The notes below the pieces were generated by a model. The model worked only from the letters and a program-made list of their open reading frames with translations, was not told the DNA's origin and did no database searches. From contig NC_043013.1 of the NCBI RefSeq assembly GCF_006345805.1, positions 37,696,001 to 37,760,000 on the forward strand: DNA of 64,000 nt, in the 5' to 3' direction. This document shows, one piece after another, positions 12,956-24,470 of this stretch. Position 1 is the stretch's first letter. Each line of letters opens with the position of its first letter. This stretch comes from Octopus sinensis (taxonomy: Eukaryota). Position numbers and translations under genes: made by a program.

Positions 12956-14904
12956 AACCGTTAACAACGACATTTTCCACAAATTACGATTTAATGTAAA
13001 AGAAGTTTGAGGTGTAAAACAAATAAAGAACTTCTCTAATATCGGAATCAACGAAATAATCGATGATGGTAACATGTATTCGCACACCGCCCAGCATATC
13101 GGCTACACATTTCCCTGAAATCGCTCAAACATATCGTCTTGAAAATCGACATATTTGAATCACAAATTTCGTGAAGAAAACGGCATTATAATCACGTGGA
13201 GAAGGCCCCACGCCATAGGCTGGTCTCCTAGACTAGCGCTGAGCTTGGGCTAAACAGCATTAATAACAATAAAAGTTACAACAACAAAAACAATAACAAC
13301 AACTACGGCTACTAAACATGTGAATCTTGCCTGCGTGATCGCCTACATAAATGTAGTAATTATGTTGTTTTAACACAGTGATGTTAAAATACGGTAAAGT
13401 ATTATAGCAACAACAAATTGGTCAGTAGTTCTGGTCGTGTGCATTTTCCAGACGACCAAACAAGAATTCATTCTTTGACCTATATCTCATTCCTTTTGTG
13501 TTATCTCCGAAATGCGAATTTTACCAAGTATTTTTAGTTGAAGTTGGTAATTTGCCAGTGAAATGAACATTTCTCTTCTTTTAGTTTCATTGATTTGTCT
13601 TGCTTGAAGGCTTTTGTAGTTTTTATCTTTCTGATTAGCTTGGCATTAAATTCCATCAGCTTTTAATATCATCTGACGTTGCCCATTCCTCTACATATGG
13701 TAGCATCACTATTAACAGCAAAAAAAAAAAAAAAATGGTGAGATATAAGAGATTAAAAGACAAAAAGAACAGAAAAAAAAGGAGACAGAGAGAATGAGAG
13801 AGAGCGTGAGAGAAAAATGGTGATGAAAGCAGAGAGGAAGTAGTAGAATTTATAACGCACGCTCACATCGAATAAGAAATAATTAAGAAACAGAAACAAC
13901 GGCAGCAGCAACAACAATAACAACTGCGTTAATGGCAACAAAAATTGCATAAAACACGAACTATAACTGCTGTATCAATATCCAGTACAAAAACCTGCAG
14001 TAATTCTTAATGAAAGAGTGATAACGTTTATAGTGTCCAAAAAAATAAAACGAAATAAATTTAATAGACAATAATTAATACCAGGAAAACGAGCGCCAAT
14101 ATAACTGTGTTAACGATTATATTAACATACTGAAAATAAGTAAGAAAATAACTGCAGTGTTACGACAAATTCAAACATAGCAATGAATATCATTAAATCG
14201 TTACTGCATCTATTACGCTTTTAGATAATACATAAAAACCATCGATACGTTTGAACTTAGTTATTCTGTTACTACAGTATAAAATTTGACAATACTTAAA
14301 GTCTACAATTTTCAGTCCACGAAGATACTATGATGTTTGATGCAAAAATATAAAAGTGCGGCATCAAAACTTTCACATCTGATTTTTTTTTCTTCTTAAT
14401 CTGGAATATACTTTCTAGAACTTTATCCCGTTCAGAGACATACCGAGTGTACAGATTCGTTGCTGTTATTCAGTTTTTCCTCGACTTGACACTGCCGGCC
14501 CATGATCGAAAGTACTTCAATAGTGGATACTTCTACTCTTTTTCTATATTCTGAGATTACGACCTCCAAAATATCATTCTATTGTTAAGACGGCAGAGTT
14601 GATATCAGCGAATTTCGTTGCTATATTTAGCTAGTTAAGTGCTCGCAAAGAGATCATCTGGTCCGTTATCTAACGTGGTACACCGCTATAATAAAATTGT
14701 TTTACAGAACCACAGAAACATTAAACAAGGAATACCACAAAATAATTAATGTACTTTATCAGTGAAATAGCTATGATCACAATATGAATATCAGGTACGG
14801 ACAGAAATAGTGACAACGTATATGTATTCGTGAATTTGTCTCCGAACATTGCTACCACATGCAATATGACAAAATCCACCCTAACTTTCGTACTACCGAT
14901 TCTT

Positions 14905-15255
14905 ATTTCTTTACTGCCCACAAGGGGCTACACACAGATGGGACAAACAAGGACATACAAACGGATTAAGTCGATTATATCGACCCCAGTGCGTAACTGG
15001 TAATTATGTAATCAACCCTGAAAGGATGAAAGGCAAAGTCGACCTCGGCGGAATTTGAACTCAGAACGTAGCGGCAGGCGAAATACCTATTTCTTTACTA
15101 CCCACAAGGGGCTAAACACAGAGAGGACAAACAAGGACAGACAAACGGATTAAGTCGATTATATCAACTCCAGTGCGTAACTGGTACTTAATTAATTGAC
15201 CCCGAAAGGATGAAAGGCAACCTCGGCGGAATTTGAACTTAGAACATAGCGGCAA
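14905..15255 (-). mobile_element. SINE family A dimer
   Basis: Two body units joined at gacgaaatac|ctatttctttac-like junction gaaatacctatttc (about 15080-15094). Confidence 0.88.
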
Positions 15256-15270
15256 TAAAGAAATAAAAAG

Positions 15271-15650
15271 CGTTAGCACGCCGGGCGAAATGCGCAGCCG
15301 TATTTCGACTACCGTTACGTTCTGAGTTCAAATTCCGCCGAGGTCGACTTTGCCTGTCATCCTTTCGAGGTCGATTAAATAAGTACCAGTTACGCACTGG
15401 GGTAGATGTAATCGACTTAATCCGTGTGTCTGTCCTTTTTGTTCCCTCTGTGTTTAGCCCCTATTGGGTAGTAAAGAAACAGGTATTTCGTCTGCCGCTA
15501 GGTTCTGAGTTCAAATTCTGCCAAGGTCGACCTTGCCTTTCATCCTTTTGGTGTCGATAAATTAAGTACCAGTTGCGTACTGGAGTCGATCCATTCGACT
15601 GCTGCCCACCCCTAATATTTCGGGCCTTGTGCCTATAGAAGAAAAAATAT
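15271..15650 (+). mobile_element. SINE family A composite (A1 body plus a second body with the alternative A2 tail)
   Basis: Junction aaagaaacaggtatttcgtc at about 15473-15492. The second unit ends gggccttgtgcctatagaagaaa. Confidence 0.85.
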
Positions 15651-17466
15651 ATTACACCTAACAGTTACTTACAATTAGCATACGTATAATGCGCGGTATC
15701 CCTCGTTTTCTTGTGTGCGGAATTCGAGGAAAAGTTGAGAATTTGTAACAAAAGTGCCATATATTTATTAGTTAGCTTGAGATGAAGCTGAATAATAATA
15801 ATAAATGATAACAACTCAAACTAGTAACAGCTGCCAAGCTACTAAACACATTGCCGTCTATAATTATTCCAATAGCGACAGCAATACATACATTAACAAT
15901 ATGTGGCAACGTTGTTGACAACTGCAATATTCATTATCGTTTTATGATTCTGACATCTATCAGGCGGCAAGCTGGCAGAATCGTTAGCACACTGGGCGAA
16001 AAGGTCTGCGGTAGTTTGTCCGTCTTTAAATTCTGAGTTCAAATTCCGCTCTGATGGGTTTATTTTTTTGCCTTTTATCTTTTTGGAGTCTATAAAATAA
16101 GTATCAGTTAAATACTAAGGTCCTATAACCGATTTGCCCCCATCTTCCCAGGCTGCTGTGCTTAAACCAAAATTTGGAACTAATATGCAACAATAGTATT
16201 CTACAGAGATAGGGATAACTGAGTAAATCGTGTTTTCTTATTTTTTAAAAGGTCCAATGTTCCATTTTTTCCCTTACAAAAAATACATAATGAAAATTTA
16301 GTCCGTACTTAAACGATTCTTGTAGACTATTGATTCTCTTGTGAGAAGTTGCGACTCCACCGATGAACCCGTTTTTGTTTCTGGAAAAAGAGACGACTTT
16401 ATGACCATTCTCACGGCGCAACGAGACCGATTTAGTGCGGAAGAGTGTATTCACGTCAGTGTATGATTAGAGAGACACAGTGCGTAACAGGGGCGCCAAA
16501 GGGAGAGAAAGAGCGAGGTAAGAGAAGTAAAAGAAGACAGAGTAATGATTCAATGTATGTTTAGCAAGCTTTGATGGATGAAAGGCAAAACTGACTTCAT
16601 TTTAACTCGAACTAAGTACGCAATTTGTCGGTACCCAACATCGACTCTAAAACAATTTTGCGAATTCGCCGCACGTTATGTATGTCTACTAGGCCTCCAA
16701 GTTTCTTATGATTTACTGTGGGTAGTTCACATACATAACAATGACAAGACGGCAATTCAAAGACAAGGTTTTAGTTTTCTCTTTATCCGAGCCACACACG
16801 AAACAACAAACAGTAATGTATACAAATATGCACATTAAAAGCATTTTATTTGTAACTGCATATATATGTATATATATATATAGAGAGAGAGAGAGGGGGG
16901 GGGGGGGGAGAGAGAGATTGCATTCAGTTCCATAAGTAATTGCACAGCTATGGTTCGTAACCGGTTTCTACTACTCTGACCAAATACATAGAACGAATTC
17001 CACAAGTTTGGTTTATACGTTGAACTGTTTTACCTGACGAAGGGTATGCGTAAAGTATGTAAGTCTTATTTATTACGTAAAGTTCTGAAACGTACGTATT
17101 AATTATTTCTACTGTAAGCACAAGGCCTAAAATTTTGGGGAAGGGAGGCAGTTGATTATATGAAGCCCAGCACTAAACTGATGTTTAATTTATAGTCTCC
17201 AAAAGGAGATGGAATTTGAACTTAGAACGTAATCCTTTTTCTGGCGTACCAGCGATTGTTCCAGCTCGCCGCCATAAATGCTTTCAAAATAATTTTATTG
17301 TGCTTTACTTCATTATCATAACTTATATGACTTAATATTAATACAAAATATCCTCTCTTGATTCCATTTACGCGGCCACTCTAACAAGCACTTGGACTAG
17401 TATGACACATCTGACTTGAATCGAAATCCCTGATATCTTGAATCCCTTCAAAGCGTAACACGAATA

Positions 17467-17502
<36 letters not shown>

Positions 17503-17656
17503 ACACAAGTACTTGGACAAATACAAGAAAGTTCACTCAACACATGTATTGGGAGTTACATGCATTATTCAAAGCAGTTTAATTCGGATTCCATGCTACT
17601 TCATGTTTTAAAGATTCTAACGTGTCCTTTCTCGTCAGGACGATGTACAAGAAGTC

Positions 17657-17712
17657 CAAGATGGCTACCGATAGATAGGTGCGATAGATTGGTCACGTGA
17701 TATCATGATTGG
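17657..17712. promoter_or_regulatory. Promoter-like motif cluster: YY1-like, CCAAT, E-box, CCAAT
   Basis: caagatggct 17657-17666; gattgg 17687-17692; gtcacgtga 17692-17700; gattgg 17707-17712. Confidence 0.4.
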
Positions 17713-17967
17713 TATCTGAATGTTCCTCAGCGAGTATGAGAGTGGTTTTCTCTCCATTGCGAACCATTGATCATACCATGCATATATTGATGGACTAATA
17801 ATCAGACACTAGATCGATTGCAACGATTATCTCTCTCCCTTCAAATCTCGTGGCCTTGTATTTAATTGTGTTTAATTAATAAACAATTTTAAATGTATAT
17901 TTTTAGTATAACTACTCCAACAAATATTATGCCGCTACGATGAATGTAACTTTGTCGTCTTGTTCCT

Positions 17968-18064
17968 CTTCATCATCATCATCATCATCATCATCGTAAT
18001 CCTTAACGTTATTATTATTATTATTATCATCATCATCATCATCGTTATTATTATTATTCTTATG

Positions 18065-18097
<33 letters not shown>

Positions 18098-18150
18098 GTC
18101 ATTAATATTATTATCATTATTATTATTATCATCATCATTATTATTATTAT
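17968..18150. repeat. (CAT)n/(TAT)n microsatellite
   Basis: Visible trinucleotide array. Confidence 0.95.
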
Positions 18151-18517
18151 TGTAAGTCTGGCTAAGTGAAAGCTCTAAGTACTGTACACTTTGTGCAAAT
18201 GCAATTCGAGAGTCGTTTTAACAAGCTAATAATATCGATTAATGCTAGTGTATATAATACAATCTCACAGAAGGCAGCTGATAGTTTAGAGTGTTATTGG
18301 ATACTTAGAGCATAGCTGCAGATAATTTGTACCTAGATCAGAATCGAAAACATGTCTTATTTCCGATGGAGTCACTAGATCGAAAACTACATGTAGAATT
18401 AACCAATAGCTAACTTAACAGACAAGCTCACACTCAGAAACGCTCATATAATATGAGGCAAACTTTCAGATATGAAGCTTACTCCATGCATAGATATATA
18501 CACGTATACATTCACAT

Positions 18518-18680
18518 AGGCGTAAGAGTGGCTGTGTGGTAGGTAGCTTGCTTACCAACCACATGGTTCCGGGTTCATTCCCACTGCGTGGTACCTTGGG
18601 CAAGTGTCTTCTACTATAGCCTGGAGCCGACCAAAGCCTTGTGAGTGGATTTGGTAGACGGAAACTGAAAGAAGCCCGTC

Positions 18681-18752
<72 letters not shown>

Positions 18753-18940
18753 GTGTGTGTGTGTGTGTTTGTGTCTGTTTGTCCCCACAACATCACTTGA
18801 CAACCGATGCTGGTGTGTTTACGTCCCCGTAACCTATCGGTTAGGCAAAAGAGATCGATAGAATAAGTACTAGGCTTCCAAAGTATAAGTCCTGGGGTCG
18901 ATTTGCTCGACTAAAGGCGGTGTTCTAGCATGGCCACACT
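18518..18940 (+). mobile_element. SINE family B, full length, internal (TA)n(TG)n
   Basis: ggcgtaagagtggctgtgtggt..ccacatggttccgggttca.. through to cagcatggcc. Confidence 0.9.
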
Positions 18941-19771
18941 CCTGATCAATACCACCTCCATCAACATCAACACCGGCAACACAATCACGTTCCCCACAGA
19001 GCTACTTACCAACGTCTACCATCACCAGTCATCATCATCGTCGTCGTCGTCATCATCACCATCATCATTATCATCATCATCTTTATCATCATCATCATAA
19101 GCCGTAGCAACATCATGCGCACTCTCACGATCAGCATCATCGTCATGGCAGTGGTGATGATGAGGATGATCACATACTCAAAAGTACTGCCTATCAAAAT
19201 CGTATTCCATTCATTACTGAACGATCGAAATATTCTCGTCCATATTTCTTTGCCCTTGTTCTCTTTTCCATTGACTATAAATTTATCTTCCCATTTGTAG
19301 TTGATATTATGGCTATTAATTTGTCTCAATTCTAAAAAAATTGCACACGTGAAAGGCGAAAGGCTTTCTAGTTATGACTATTTAAATTGTTCTCGATAAA
19401 GACACGTCTAGCCTACGTTATCCAATGTTGCTCTTTCTGTGATTTCGAAACGGAAGAATATTTTTTGAGTAACATGTAGCTTAAATTTCAAACAGACCAA
19501 AAGATTATTCTCTTTTTTTTTTTTCAACAGCAGCTCCTATCTTTCAGTTCCTTGACGGCCTTGACTTACTTTGCTTTCGCTCAAATATTTCCAACAGCAG
19601 TTCTTCATAATAATCCAAATTATATATTTGCAATTAAATTAGCGAGTACTCTTCTTCTCTCTTAATGTGACAGGATGTGATCCGCGGGATGTTCGACTGC
19701 TATTTCAAGCATTTTAAGTTTCAGCTTGAGCGAAATTATATTATATTTCTGGAGAAGTTACATTATATTTA

Positions 19772-20046
19772 CGGAGATGTACTTGCATAGCAAGTGACCT
19801 GATCTGACATCGTGTGCTGGAACGAAAAAAATTGCAGCGTGGAAGGTGATTATAAGCCAATTAAGAAACACACAAAAACCGTTAGATTCGTTTCAACATT
19901 TAAATTTAATTTGTCAAAATATTTTCGTCGCTTTGAGACCGGACCTGTTCACTGACAAAATTCCATGCTGCATCTCATGTTGAAGTGAATGTAACGGTTT
20001 CTGTGAGTTTCTTAAATGGCTTATAAACACCTTTCACGCTGCAATT
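19772..20046 (-). mobile_element. Fold-back element (70-bp inverted arms) with a hammerhead-like loop; probable PLE pseudo-LTR derivative
   Basis: Arms 19830-19899 and 19977-20046 are reverse-complementary. The central segment folds as a type-I hammerhead. Confidence 0.65.
19910..19959 (-). ncRNA. Candidate type-I hammerhead ribozyme with a G3-C8 covariant core
   Basis: Minus strand reads TTTGTCA-GTGAACA-G-GTC(cggtctcaaagc)GAC-GAAA-ATAT-TT-TGACAAA: 7-bp stem I, 3-bp stem II, palindromic stem III. Confidence 0.5.
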
Positions 20047-21379
20047 ATATTATATTTGTTAGTATTCTATCGTGTTGTTTTCTCTTTCTTTAGTTGGCAG
20101 GACTGGATTGGAGGAAGATTAGACAGCTATTTCAAGCATTTCGAAGAACTTAGCGAGAGCTCTGTTGTTTGCTTGAAATTTTATTAGTAGAATCGATGGT
20201 TACTTTCACTGCATCTATTGTTTCCTTATGGTATATTAAGTCTTGCCAGATATCGTGACTCTATTTTCATTGATCTTCTGTTACGCCAATTCTTTCTAAA
20301 CTCCTATATATTTCCCTCCGAATCATGTTGCTGTTCTTTTATTTTTCTTTCTACTTTTTTCGTTGGTTGTTGTTGTTGTTGTTGTTGTTGGGTGTTGTTG
20401 TTTGTGGTGTAAGGTGGTGTAATTCTCTGTTGCTTCACTTGCCTATGGCAATCAGCTACAGAATTAAATATATATAGATATATATAAAAAAAGTGTGATG
20501 TTTTACATTTCTATTCCAGACTGTTCTTCCATTATATTCTGATCACCTATATTTCGAGTTTGAATTAGATCTTCTGATACTTTGATTGGCTTAAATCAAA
20601 GTTTTATTGAACAACATAGTGATGCAGAAGACATTAGGTTGGCTAATTACAAAATATTTATGTTCTCCAATTGAAAGTAGTCGACTATGGTTTAGCCATG
20701 TCATTAGATTCCTTATCTTTATTGATGATACGGCGGCTAACGTGAAGAAAGCAGCATCAGTGCGAAATATTTATTAATGACAAACCCTGCAGCAGTAAAA
20801 GATACACAAGTAGCCATAGGAATACGGATAATTAGAAATCACACCGAATGAATAACTTATATGAGAATGGTATTGTGTGAAATACAATCTCTACTCCACC
20901 GTATAACTTTATACTAAGCCCCTATTCTATTAGTTAAATAACGAAATTGCTTTGCTTGCAACAATTATCTTTTAATTTATATGAGATATTTCCCTCTCAA
21001 ACCGCAAATGCCTGTAATGATCTGAATCAAAAAGCATTTAAGTACTCTATCTTTGGAAACAGGTTGTTTCAGTCATTGTTAAGCGTGAACAAATCCAATT
21101 TCACTGACTTGGTTAATAGTGGGTATGGATTAGAATTGTATTCGAAGCAGCAATATTTAACAGAGAAAAATAAAACTTGTGTTCACTTGAAGAATTGTTA
21201 GTTTTCAATATCTATTTACTAACAATATTAAAAGTGGCATTTCATCATTAATAAAATAAAAGAAATATTGAAATTAAAATTATTATTGTTATTATCATCA
21301 TCATCATCGTCATCATCATCATCATCATCATTAATATTATTATTATTATTATTATTATATTATTATTATTATTATTATT

Positions 21380-21767
21380 ATTACTATTATTAGAGGCTTT
21401 TAGCTGGAAGAAATGTTGGTACGACGAAAAATTGCTTAGCGGCATTTCGTTGATCTTTATGTTATGAGTTCAAATGCTGCTGAGGACGACATAGCATTTC
21501 ATCAATTTACGGACGATAAAATAAGCACCAGTTGAACATTGAGAACGATGTAATCAACTGATTCACTTCCCTGATCTTGCAGGAATTGTGCCTATATTTG
21601 AAAAGGATTATTAATATTAATGAATAAGTGTTTGACTGGGACTTATTTTATCGACCCCGAAAGGATGAAAGGCAAAGTCGAACTCGGCGGAATTTGAATT
21701 CAGAATGTAGCGACAGAGAAAATACTGCTAAGCATTTACTCCTGCGTGCTAACGACTCTGCCAGCTC

Positions 21768-21768
<1 letters not shown>
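21380..21768. mobile_element. Two diverged family A SINEs in opposite orientation
   Basis: + copy at about 21380-21610 and - copy at about 21620-21768, both with B-box and central domain. Confidence 0.75.
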
Positions 21769-22012
<244 letters not shown>

Positions 22013-22390
22013 TTTCTAATTGATGTATCAATACCAGCAGATGACAACGTTTCTCTAAAAGAAATGGAGAAAATTTCAAAATACAAATACCTGGAAATAG
22101 AGACAACTCGAATGTGGAATCTAAAAACAGAAACAATTCAATTTCTATCATGGTAGGTGAATTAGGTATGATAAAAAATATTCAGGCAAATACATAACAA
22201 AAATACCAGGACTTACAAATATATATAACATACAGAAAATAGAACTACTAGGCCCCTGCACACATCCTACGCAAAGCACTTTCAATACAGTAACCATAAG
22301 AGCATCACAGCAAACCACAGCACATATCCAAGGCACACAGAGCTGCGCTCGGTAGTGAAGTGAAAGAACGCTATAAAAATAAAACTACTG
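22013..22390 (+). mobile_element. 5'-truncated R4/Dong-clade non-LTR retrotransposon (restriction-like endonuclease C-terminus, 3' UTR, TAA tail)
   Basis: LIDVSIPADDNVSLKEMEKISKYKYLEIETTRMWNLKT..GMIKKYSGKYITKIPG..IQKI..AHILRKALSIQ*. Flanked by (TAA)n on both sides. Confidence 0.88.
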
Positions 22391-22418
22391 AATGATAATG
22401 ATAATAATAATAATAATA

Positions 22419-22453
<35 letters not shown>

Positions 22454-22459
22454 GTAGTA

Positions 22460-22553
<94 letters not shown>

Positions 22554-22590
22554 CAATAATAATAATAACAATAATAATAATAATAATATC
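22390..22590. repeat. (TAA)n array / LINE tail
   Basis: Visible array. Confidence 0.97.
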
Positions 22591-22771
22591 ATCTTCAGTG
22601 CCATTATCATCATCATTACTAGTATCAACATCATCCATATTGATATCATTGGTTGTTTATTTATTCTCGCTTCCATGTTTTGCGAAATCTTACAGATTCT
22701 TTGGGATATATTCCCTTTTCATTCAACAAACAGCGATAAGGAAGAATCCAGAGACGGTCAAAAGCAGAAAG

Positions 22772-22898
22772 TGACTCATGGTTTTAGACTTTTCCACAGT
22801 CACGGAAATTGGATTACGCCTTCCCCTTCCCCTGCTTATTAACGTTTCTGGTCAAATCCAGCTGTGACTCACAGCACAGGGTCTCTCGCAGCGACTCA
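22772..22898. promoter_or_regulatory. Cluster of AP-1-like sites
   Basis: TGACTCA at 22772-22778 and 22865-22871, CGACTCA at 22892-22898, all in non-repetitive sequence. Confidence 0.3.
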
Positions 22899-23159
22899 TG
22901 ACCGAAATTCACTGCAAATGTACTAATGCCATTTCTTATCTTTCGATAGCTTTCGATCGATTTCTTTTAATATTTCCAGTTTCATGAATCTGAGAATGAA
23001 CTTATTTTCATTGTATTTAACATAACCGCTAGTTATGTGGCGATATGTTATAATTCTGCTTTGAGGATGAGTATATTTAATCGTTACAGTATGTAGGAAA
23101 TTCTTTTCAAACCTTAAGCATATGTTGAATAAGATTTTCAAATACAATGATCCTGACAA

Positions 23160-23406
23160 TAATGATCATGATGATGATGAATACGATGAGGATGTGATGA
23201 TGGTAATGTTGATGATGATGATGGCGATGATGATGATGAGGAAGGGGAGCAAGAAGTTGATGACGATGGTGATGATGATAATGAAAACGACGATGAAGAT
23301 TATAATGATGATGAAGACGACGACGATGACGATGCAGATGATGTCGATGATAATGATGATGATGATAACGACGATGATGATGATGATGATGTCAATGACG
23401 ATGATG

Positions 23407-23442
<36 letters not shown>

Positions 23443-23834
23443 CGAGGAGGAGTGGGTGGATTATGATGAGGATGGGATGATGGTGATGACGAAGATGATG
23501 ATGACGATGATGATGATGATGACGACAACGACGACGACGATGATGAAAACGACGACGACGACGATGATGATAATGATGTCAATGACGATGATGGGAATTA
23601 TGATGATGATGTAGAAGAGGAGGAGGAGGAGTGGATTATTATGAGGATGGAATGATGATGATGACGAAGATGATGATGATGACGATGGGGATGATATTGA
23701 TGATGATAAAAACGACGACGCCGATTTTGATGATGACGGCGACGACGACGATGACGATGCTGCTGATGATGATGATGATGATGATGATAATGACGATGAC
23801 GACGACGATGATGATGATGTCAATGACTGCGATG

Positions 23835-23865
<31 letters not shown>

Positions 23866-24000
23866 CGATAAGGAGGAGGAGGAGAACATGATGGACAACA
23901 ACGATGATGAAGACGACGGCGAAGATAATGGCAATGAATATGACGCCAAAAACGACGGATACTGTGACGACAATGCTGATGATGATGATGACGATGACTT
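23160..24000. repeat. Long decayed (GAT)n/(GAC)n tract with an internal duplication of about 190 bp
   Basis: gatgtcaatgacgatgatggga and gaggaggagtgg..attatgaggatgg each occur twice. Confidence 0.93.
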
Positions 24001-24299
24001 TGGTTATATAAGGGGGAAACTAATATAGTTTTGCTCTGGCAATATCATCACTTACTTCCGTAGGTGTAGATATCCTAATGCAGTTATATTTTTATGTCTG
24101 TAATATTTCGGAACGGATATTTGTGAATAGACAAGCAAATCAACCGAATAATCGACAGCTGTAATTTATCACAACATTCCAATTGATAGTAGTTTTTGCT
24201 TAGACAACGATATCATATATATATATATGGGTGTGTATATATATATATAATCAATAATAATAAAAGGTAAAATTAATTAATCAATTAATAATTAATAAT

Positions 24300-24470
24300 T
24301 TTACCAAGTAGTTCGACATGTTAAAAAAAAACATTATCGGTAAATTTAAACAGAATTTTTTATAATTATGGGTATAATTATAATTAGGTTTCAGCCCAAA
24401 ATTTGCTTCACCACAAACCGAAATTTTGAAATAGCTGTCGAAACTAGCTATTTCCCTACCATAAGAAAAT
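24300..24470 (+). repeat. Interspersed repeat of unknown class; second copy at about 56728-56890
   Basis: Both copies share caagtag..aaaaaaaaacattatcggtaaa..ttataattat..ttgcttcaccaca.accgaaa.ttt.gaaatagc. Confidence 0.7.

Noticed and set aside
17024-17105. CTGACGA...GAAACGTACGTA hammerhead-like words
   Set aside because: No stem I pairing and a long, unpaired stem II region.
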